A DNA stretch of 57,100 nt, the filler included, from Jimgerdemannia flammicorona (taxonomy: Eukaryota): the NCBI GenBank assembly GCA_003990765.1. It is 4 parts of 4 records of this genome, joined end to end, with 100 filler letters (N's around TTAATTAATTAA, not from the genome) between each part and the next. Parts side by side here need not be neighbours in the genome. Positions count along the whole stretch, not along the records: positions 36,575 to 54,760 come from RBNJ01002274.1; positions 54,861 to 57,100 come from RBNJ01002471.1; 2 more parts are not named here. One strand, written 5' to 3'. The position numbers and the translations under genes are program-made. Positions 48,900-57,100 of the stretch are shown one piece after another (position 1 is the stretch's first letter; each line of letters opens with the position of its first letter). The notes under the pieces are model-generated. The model did no database searches. It saw nothing but the letters and a program-made list of their open reading frames with translations, and was not told where the DNA came from.

Positions 48900-50247
48900 A
48901 CTGAGTTCTTAATTTTGTTTATGATAATTATAAGAATACTTTTAATAATATTCAAGAGAGTAATATATAGTTTTGGGACTAATATGTGTTGGAGTATTCT
49001 AGTTAGTTGTTTGAAGAATCATATTCTTGAACTAAGTCAGTAGTATTTTAAAGATTGGTTTTGGATTCTTATAAATCAGATAATCTTTCCATTTGATGGA
49101 TGGTTCTTGTAGCAGTATTTGTTGAGAGTTTATTCAATTTCGTATTCTTCTTAGTTATTAATAATGATAGGTATAGATGGTTTTGCAGTTTGGTTTGGAA
49201 ATAGTTTGTCATCATTTTCATTGTATTATTTGAGATATTGAATATTGAAGACTGGCTTGGCATCTGGGATGGTCTTGATGATATAGTTAAGATAGTAAGT
49301 CTTTCAGGAGTTTTTTTGAGAATATATCTCAGAATTTTTAAAGTAAGAGTCTAACATAGCTATCAACTTTTGAAAAGTCTTCTTTAAGGTTCTTGAATTC
49401 TCCTTTGGATGACCATATAGAGATAATAAAGAGAGAGTATTTCTTAGCTAGTTTCTTAAGTTATAGTTTATTGATATAGATGATCTTTAGATCTAGATCA
49501 CTAGAATTGAGTAGGTCTTTTTCATCTTATAGCTTGAAATTGTAGTGTTCTTTCTTGATAGTTAGAGAATGATTTATCTAATCAATCATAGAGTTCTCTT
49601 ATTTTAACCATAGTATCTCAAGGATGATCTCATTATCAGGAAGTAGTATGATTTAAAGAGTAATATATACTTAGTAGTTGTTAATTCTAAAGAGTAGGTT
49701 ACAAACTTCCTTACTAATAATATGTGAGATTCTATTAGCTATAGCAATTACTTGAGTTTATTGTACTAGAGAGGTCAAGACTTTAAGTCTATTGGCTATT
49801 TCTTTATTGATAAAATTATCTAAGATACTGTTAACTATTATAATCTTAACAAGTGCTCAATTAACAAAAGCTTAGAGGATAAACAGTTTGTCTGATCCAA
49901 TGAAGTGGTAATTTTAGTTATAGGAGATTTTTTTCTATTAGTTCTCCTTTGAATCAGTTCATTGATACAAGAGAAGCAATTATCAATCATTCAGGAAGAG
50001 TACATTCCAATGCCATGGGGGTATCAGCCACTCAGTACAAATCTATCTTTAATTTTCTTGTAGAATTATTCCTTTTTATTCATAGTAGGCTGAGCTGAAG
50101 CCTTATTTGATGAGCCAAATCCTTTGGATCCTCAGATGATAGATAGTAGTTCAGGAACTTCCTTGACTATCAGGGTTGATTTGATTTTCTTAAATAAGAT
50201 CTGAGCAATTTAGTAACTAATAGAGATCTTGAATAGTATAAGTATAT
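48900..50247 (-). mobile_element. Internally deleted chromovirus-type Gypsy remnant (protease, then integrase tail and chromodomain)
   Basis: IVNSILDNFINKEIA and EIILEILWL (decayed protease), then PVFNIQYLK...FPN..PIIIN.*EEYEIE..IKWKDY (chromodomain). Confidence 0.6.
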
Positions 50248-50394
50248 TGTGACAAGCCAAGACATACCACCTGAATCATATCTTAACCAGATGACACGAA
50301 TAAGATGATGTGAACACTCAGCTTAGTAACTAGCAACCATTGCTGTGGAAGCTGTATAAATAGTCAGATATACCAGAAAGGGTCTGTTTACCTA

Positions 50395-50465
50395 TACAGA
50401 CTCTGTACACCATACAGACTCTGTACACTGTACAGGTCCTGTACACCGTACAGACTCTGTACACC
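50395..50465. repeat. 18-bp tandem repeat (4 units) in the LTR of element C
   Basis: TACAGACTCTGTACACC(A/G) units, most containing the dyad TACAG-ACT-CTGTA. Confidence 0.85.
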
Positions 50466-52265
50466 TGCCATAAGGAGCAAGTCTATAGTTAGCCACATAG
50501 CAACCAGATAGCAACCAACTTGTATAAATTACCCCAGTGGCGAGAGTGAATAAAACCTCAGTCCAAATTGAAGTGCAAACCAAAGAAGTCTCTAAAGATT
50601 GAGCAATTGGTCCCCTTATTCCCACTCTGGTCCACTTTCCAATACAAAGCCTGAAGATTTGCTGCCTAAGTTTAAGGAGAACTTCGCCGCCTTTGAAGAG
50701 AAACCCACTGCTTAAGGAATAAGCTGTGCTACATTTTGGTCCACTTGCCAGATAAGCCTGAAGATTTCTGCCTTTCTGCTACCTAAAAGAAAGCCACCTT
50801 GCTTAAGCCAGTTTCTGACGCAACTTTGTAGTGATTCGTCGCACAAACAAAGCCAGTCTTTGATGTAACTTTGCCAAGAGACCCTTTCCCAAAAGCTGCC
50901 ATCCAGTTTGCCAGTTAAGCCGCCGTTCTCAAGTTATCCATATCCCCAGAAGAGCCCGATTTGAAACCACTCGCACCATTCGAGTAGTATTCTTAGTTGG
51001 AGCTGAATCTGTACCATCCGAGTTGATTCCCAGTTAAGCCACCATTTTCAAGAAGCCTGCCAAATCTGCATCGTCCACCACTTTTGCGTCATCTGCCATA
51101 TTCCCAGTTGAAGCTGCTGACTTAGGAAGAATTCGCGACATCCGAGTTATTTGTTATTCCCAGTGAGCCCATTGCAGAGGAATCCTCGCCATACAATTCC
51201 CAGTGAGCCTGTTACAGAAGAACTTGCTGCCAGTATAATTCCCAGTGAAGCCCACTGCTTTTGGAGAATCCACACCAAATCGAGTCATCCGCCAAATTAT
51301 CAGAACATCCATGTAAGGAACCTGTCATGCTACACAAGAGATTGCCTGCCACTCAAGAAGAAGAACTGCTAAATTGCCAGCCCGTCACACCCAGAGATCG
51401 TTGCACCAAGACCATCACCCAGAAATTGCTTACTTTTGGAAATCACCTCGCTACACAAAATTGTGGCATTCCCAGTTGACCCAAGAAGGAAACCCATTCA
51501 CACACAAATCACCGCTACACCCAGAGAACAGTCCCAATAAGGAAATCACTTGTAGATATCCAGCTTTGACTATTATACCACTAAACACCAAGAACATTTT
51601 ATTGCTTTTAACAAAGTAACTGGAGGCTCAAGCCAAACTACATCAACCCCCAACCTTGTAATTTGCCTCCATTGAGCCAGCACATTATATTTGGGGGCTC
51701 AACTGGGAAGATTTCAAAATTGACGTGACTTTTCAGCTCACAAGAACCCACAGTCAAACTGGATATATTTGATACAACACCAACCTCTGCCACTACAGGA
51801 GAACCAGTCATTACTAGCATTTGGACAGGAAGAGAAGTAATCACCTCAAGACTTGCCAACTACCTAGCATCAGAAGGATCCCAACCAGAAGCAGGAGGCA
51901 GTACAGCCCGAAATCCCCAACCAGATCAACCAGATCAACCAGATCAACCAGACAATACAGACAGCCCTGCTAGAGTTTTTGGAGAACTTGCACAAGAACT
52001 AGACGAACTTATTACCTGGACCCAATATCTTACAGCCAGACAGCATACACCAGCCCCGCCAATCTCACTAATAGAACCTCTACCACAACCTCTTGTAGAA
52101 CCAGAAGTAGCTCCCACAAGGATACCTAGGCCTACTCCACTTTACCTAAGGACTAGAACACCATCTTCAAGATACCCAAGCACCCCTATCTCTAGTGACA
52201 GTTCAGAAAGTGAATCAGAATCAGAATCTGAACCTGAACCAGAATCAGAAGAAAGTGATGAAAAA

Positions 52266-54322
52266 ATGGCCACCTCATTGCCAATTTTTGCAGGATACCT
52301 AGAGGAAGACCCCAGAGAATTCCTTGACGGAATCGAAGGAATTGCAGCTTTAAGGAATCTTTCAGATGAAAGGAAGATTGCCATCTACAAAGCTCAGCTC
52401 AGAGAACCAGCCAGAGGGATTTTCCATCGAACAGCAAACAACCCAGATTCGGAACTAGCAAGACAGATACAAGCAGCAGTCTCCTATGAGCTAGAATATC
52501 AGGCCATGGTCTACTGGCTCATAGAAAAGTATGCAGGAAATGAAACCCGCCACAAGGCTCAGGAATCCATCATGGGAATGAAGATGAATCTTGGAGAATC
52601 ACCCAGGGCCTTCTTTACAAGAATCCAGAAGAGAATTCACTCTGCCAGGTTCAATGCCACCAACCAAGACATCATAGGTCCAATGACCTTCATGAATGGA
52701 ATTCCTCCAAATATTGCCCAGCATGTCTGCACCCTAGGCATCAGAAGGTCTGAAGAGCAAGTAGATGCAGCCCAAGGATTCTTTGATGTCAGGCAAGGAA
52801 CTACCTGGAGTGACCATGATAAGAAGGAAGATAAAGAAGATATTCTGGTCAAAGCCCTGCAAGGACTCCTTCAAGGACAAGAAAGGTCTGAAGAAAGAAG
52901 GCCAGCCAAGGAAGGAAAGAAGGACAGAAGCAAAATTCAAGACCTCAGCTCCAAGTTAGACCAATTGGTTGGACAGATTGAAAAACTCACCACACGTGAA
53001 AATCAGGACTACCAAAACAACAGAGGATACCCACCACAGAGGAGCCAAGGTTATCCACTAAGAGATAACAGGAATTACCAGCAAGAAGAAAGAAGGTACC
53101 CTGCCAGAGACAGAGCCCAAGTCCAATGCTTCCACTGTAGACAATTCGGACACTATGCCACTGAATGTGACAACAAAAGAAGTGACCGAAGGGACTCAGA
53201 ACCACCAAACTGAAGGAATGACACCCAGTACAAGAAGACTGAAGCCCATTCTGTTGAAGATTTTGAGGAAGCAAGTAACAGTGAAGACTACAGTGATCTA
53301 GACTTGTATCCTACTAAGGTTACTACCTGAAAGACAGTCTACCCAGCAGAAAAAAGAAAGAGACCTGTGGGAAGACTATCCAGGAACATCAGCAGAAGAA
53401 TTATTCAAGAAGAAGATGAGAAACATGAGGAGGAACAAGTTGAAACACCTCCCCGAACTCCCTCACCTTTTGTGCCTGAGACAAACGAGTTACTACCAGA
53501 AGATGAAGAAATGGAACAAGAAGAACAGGAACCTGCTGCTCCAAAGTCTAAGAAGAAGTACACCCTGAAGACCATGCCTAGGGATATTTACAATGAAGCC
53601 TGGCAGAAGATTCAAGAAGCCAAGATGGAAGTCCCTCTCTTGCAGTTCTTGCAACTGACACCAGCTGGAGTCCGAAACAAATTGCTGAGAACCACCAGGT
53701 CTAGCACTGGCCAAGTTCCAATCCCACAGCAAGAACCAGCCTCCATCCCTGTCCAAGCAGCCGAAAGACATGTCAGCACCTACTTACATGGAGACATTGG
53801 AGGACAAAAAGCAAAAATCCTCATAGATACAGGAGCAGCTGTCTGTATCATTGCCAAACGATTCTTGGACACCCTCCAATGGCCCATTGATGGACCATCC
53901 AACCTCAGCATCATAGTAGCAGATGGAGCCCGAACTCAACCCCTTGGAGAAGTACAAAATATCACCATCTCCCTTGGATACATTCAGTTCTCCATCCCTA
54001 AAGCTGTTGTCACCAAAGCTGTCACCTATGATATGATTCTTGGTACCAACTGGATGAAGAAAATGAATGCAGTTGTTGATATCGGCCAACAAGTACTCAA
54101 GTTTGACTACCGAGGCAAGAAGTATAGAGTTAAGGTGACTAGCTATGAGCAATCAAAGAAGAAGAAGAAGGTCACTATTCAGGAAGAATATGCCAGCAGT
54201 GAAGAATCTACCACAGAGGAAGAGGAAGAATCCGAAGATGGAAATGATCTCAGACTCAATCCCCAAATCAACCTGGTGGATGACAGACCAGAAGACAATG
54301 TGTGGGCTAAGAACACCATCTC
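52266..54322 (+). pseudogene. gag-pol frame of element C, with two in-frame TGA stops and truncated by an insertion
   Basis: ORFs 52266-53213 and 53367 onward share one frame, separated only by two TGA codons. Confidence 0.85.
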
Positions 54323-54760
54323 TAGTGCTCCGAACGAGTCAATTCGAATCAAATCCGGATTTGATTCGTCACATGATGGTTTGATTCGAATCTCAAATCC
54401 GAAGCCATCTGGATCAACTCAGATTTAATCCGAATCGCCCCATCCGAATCACCCCATCCGAATCACCCATCCGAACCACCCCAATCCGAATCACTCAATC
54501 CGAATCACTCAATCCGAATCGCCCCATCCGAATCACCCATCCGAATCACCCATCCGAACCACTTCAATCCGAACCACTCAATCCGAATCACTCAATCCGA
54601 ATCACTCAATCCGAATCACTCAATCCGAATCACTCAATCCGAATCCTCCAATTCGAATCCTCCAATTCGAATCCTCCAATTCGAATCCTTCAATCCGAAT
54701 CCTCATCCGAATCCTTCAACCGAATCCTCCAATCCAAATCCTCCACATGACTCATATGCC
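54323..54760 (+). mobile_element. hAT-like DNA transposon terminus with a CCGAATC subterminal tandem array, inserted in pol
   Basis: Abrupt switch at TAGTGCTCCGAACGAGTC, followed by more than 20 units of 11-12 bp (ATCCGAATCACTCA / ATTCGAATCCTCCA). Confidence 0.6.
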
Positions 54761-54860
54761 NNNNNNNNNNNNNNNNNNNNNNNNNNNNNNNNNNNNNNNN
54801 NNNNTTAATTAATTAANNNNNNNNNNNNNNNNNNNNNNNNNNNNNNNNNNNNNNNNNNNN
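54761..54860. other. Artificial contig linker
   Basis: N44-TTAATTAATTAA-N44. Confidence 0.98.
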
Positions 54861-54876
54861 AAAAAAAAAATAGCAG

Positions 54877-55600
54877 AAGCAAAATGCATTTGAACAACTC
54901 TGTTTGCTCTATCTGTATCACCTCTGTTGGAGAGTGATAGATGCTTCATCTGAACTCAATAAAGCTGACATCATCAAAACCAATCTCAAGCCATCCATGT
55001 GGCAGATATTACTACTAGAAATTACCTCAAATTATAAAAAATATCATTTCTGAGAGATTCAACCCCCAGCTGCAACATTGGGAGTCCTTGCCCTAAACAA
55101 AAATGTCCAGTCCTCATAAATACACCAACAGGCCAAAAAAAAAGAGAATCAAGACCTGTTATCCTTGTACAATCACTACCACCAAGGACAGCCTTAATCT
55201 TGCAAGAGATAGAAGTGATGATACCTTGAAACTAATGATGTCAGAAGTCAGAAAACTACTCAGACTTTGCCAGCAATGATGTCATCAATAGTAATATCAT
55301 CAAAAACTAACCAGACAGCACCTAAATCTATAAATAGCTTAGCAGTCATAGTATAGTTAAAATAGTCTTGTATGATGTGACTGTGAACTGACTTAGCAGT
55401 CAGATAATCTCTTGATATATCAGATCACACTTATACTATGTGACTGTATTCTGACTCAGCAAGACACTAAGTACTATATCCATATCTAACATAGTCCAGA
55501 TAGCCTCTCACTAGTATAAATACCCCCTCCACCAGACCTCATAATCTCAGACAAAAATAGACTTGAATATACAAGAACATTCCTGAATACTTCCCCACAA
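54877..55600 (+). mobile_element. 3' region of a relative of element B, possibly running into LTR sequence
   Basis: 54877-55130 aligns by eye with 40244-40500 (AAGCAAAAT.CATTTGAACAA, CCATCCATGTG, CCCCAGCTGCAAC). TATAAATA lies at ~55516. Confidence 0.65.
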
Positions 55601-55604
55601 TATT

Positions 55605-55606
<2 letters not shown>

Positions 55607-55635
<29 letters not shown>

Positions 55636-57100
55636 CCTTTTTATAGTCACTTAGACTCTGCCATTTATTACCCATCTATTAATTATTTTACAGTTTACCC
55701 TTGCACTACCCAATCTCTATAGGAGTACCACTCCTCCTATGTACATGAACAAAGACCACTTTCACACCCACTATCCCAATCCTCCCCCCACTCTGCCTAC
55801 AGATTTGTTCTACCAAATGATGCCTTTGACCTCCCTTCAACCCCCAACCCAGCCACCAGCCCATCAAGGTGTCTTCCATAAGGCTATGCCACCTCATTAG
55901 TCTGACCTTGGAGCCAAGTTTCCTTCTATCCTCAAAAACAAATAGCCAGTGACTGGCCAGCCCCACCCAAATGGCCAAAGCCCACCCTAATATCAGCCAT
56001 TCCTTCCCCACCCCCCCCTCCAGTCTACCCCTTAAATCCTCCCAATGCCTCTGTACATCAGCTCTCCTACACATGACTCCCAGATGATTCTCAATATTCT
56101 GCCAAAAGGTACTAAGTACCTCACACTCCCCTAGCCAATGTTCAGGCATCTGTATATAACCCCCTTCCTGCACCACATTATAACACTCTTTACAGTCAAA
56201 GCAGCCTCCCTTGATAAGGTGACCGGAGCAGAAGTTGAGCATGACATTTTGCCTCAGTATATGCCACCAGACCACCCAGTACTTCGGTGGCAACCACCTT
56301 CTCACTTTGGCACTCCAGGCCCATATGCTATGCCAGTCCTACTCCTTGCTGATACCGACACCCTGCCAACTGCTAGGCCACAGATCCTGGCCTGGTCCCC
56401 ACTGGCATTCGATCCCATCACCAATGTCAAACTCAAGTAAGGGAATGCCACCAAGTAACACTTGGTCCCATCACCATATTGCTGGGTCCCAATCCTCCTC
56501 CCCTTTGTTTCCCTGCCACCTAATCCCAATGTGGTGTACTCCCTCTGCCACTCCCCACCAGAAGCCTTTATACTGTAATTGTCCAGAGTTCTGAAGACCC
56601 ACAAGCACTAGGAGATCACCCATCGAACCTCTCAGAGAGGTCCTCATCTCCCAGACCTTCTGCAGTAGGGAAACCCAACTGCCCCCTCTCAACTCCACTG
56701 CTCTCTTCAGCCACCAAGCTCTCAAGCAATGCAGCCTCTTAGAGAAGTCAACCAGCCCAAGTCCCCCACTCGCCACTGGTAAGGACAGAACCTCCCAGTT
56801 GATCTGACTCCACCTTCTAGCCCAGATCCACCCCTTGGCTAGCTTCATCAATTGCTTCACCACCCAAGCTGGGAAGTCCAGATAATAAGCCAGATACCAT
56901 ACCTTTGGCAGCCAATAGATGTTCAGAATGGAAATGTGGCCTGCCAGAGACATTTGCTGGCCCCCCCAGCTCCGCAGGGCCTCCTCCCAAATGCTAACCC
57001 TCTGCTCCTACCAAAGTCTGGGCAGAACTGACCCATATACTGACAGATAGATACCCAAGTACCGTACTGCCTCACCAGCAGGGATAATCATACCAATAAT
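55607..57100 (-). mobile_element. LINE 3' end (ORF2 C-terminus and poly(A)), least decayed copy
   Basis: YLG, ILNIYWLPKVWY, LPVASGGLGLVD and CKEC..EHWLGEC. The family 3' end AATAAA..GTGACTAT precedes poly(A), seen as poly(T) on +. Confidence 0.92.

Larger units (their letters stand above)
50248..54322 (+). mobile_element. Ty3/Gypsy element C, 5' half: LTR, PBS, long leader, gag, protease
   Basis: Putative LTR 50248-50733 (TGTGAC...GCTACA) followed by TGGTCCACTTGCC. Gag 52266-53213 has CFHCRQFGHYATEC. The protease shows ILIDTGAA and MILGTNW. Confidence 0.88.

Noticed and set aside
53211..53330. Programmed gag-pol stop readthrough in element C
   Set aside because: There are two separate in-frame TGAs, both explicable as CGA-to-TGA changes in CpG-depleted DNA, so a single ancestral ORF is simpler.
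36575..54322. Elements B and C as two halves of one insertion
   Set aside because: They are in the wrong order (3' half first), ~9 kb apart, and share no visible LTR. Membership of the same family cannot be judged here.
54430..54760. Telomeric repeat at a contig end
   Set aside because: Units are variable 11-12-mers that begin after a transposon-like terminus inside pol, not TTAGGG-type repeats.

Overview
Eukaryotic (fungal) DNA made of four unrelated contigs (1-18187, 18288-36474, 36575-54760, 54861-57100). They are joined by artificial 100-nt N44-TTAATTAATTAA-N44 linkers, so adjacency across a linker means nothing. The gene content suggests an early-diverging, Mucoromycota-like fungus (inference only). 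Contig 1 is genic: an 11-exon eIF5B (-), CCDC25/NFACT-R (+) whose frame needs a single-nucleotide exon at 11861, and a 9-exon metallophosphoesterase-fold/polyQ/RRM/RGG protein (+). Between eIF5B and CCDC25 lies a run of decayed gene pieces (BTB, P450, kinase). Contigs 2-4 are nested transposon DNA with heavy C-to-T/G-to-A mutation. They include a complete 10.1-kb Ty3/Gypsy element with a dUTPase and an ORF inside its 1.56-kb LTRs; it is interrupted by a LINE and sits inside a probable CRE-like RT+RLE non-LTR element. There is also a second dUTPase-bearing Gypsy, a third Gypsy 5' half, a chromovirus remnant, several copies of one L1/Tx1-like LINE family and hAT-like termini. All calls come from reading and hand-translating the sequence; no searches were run.
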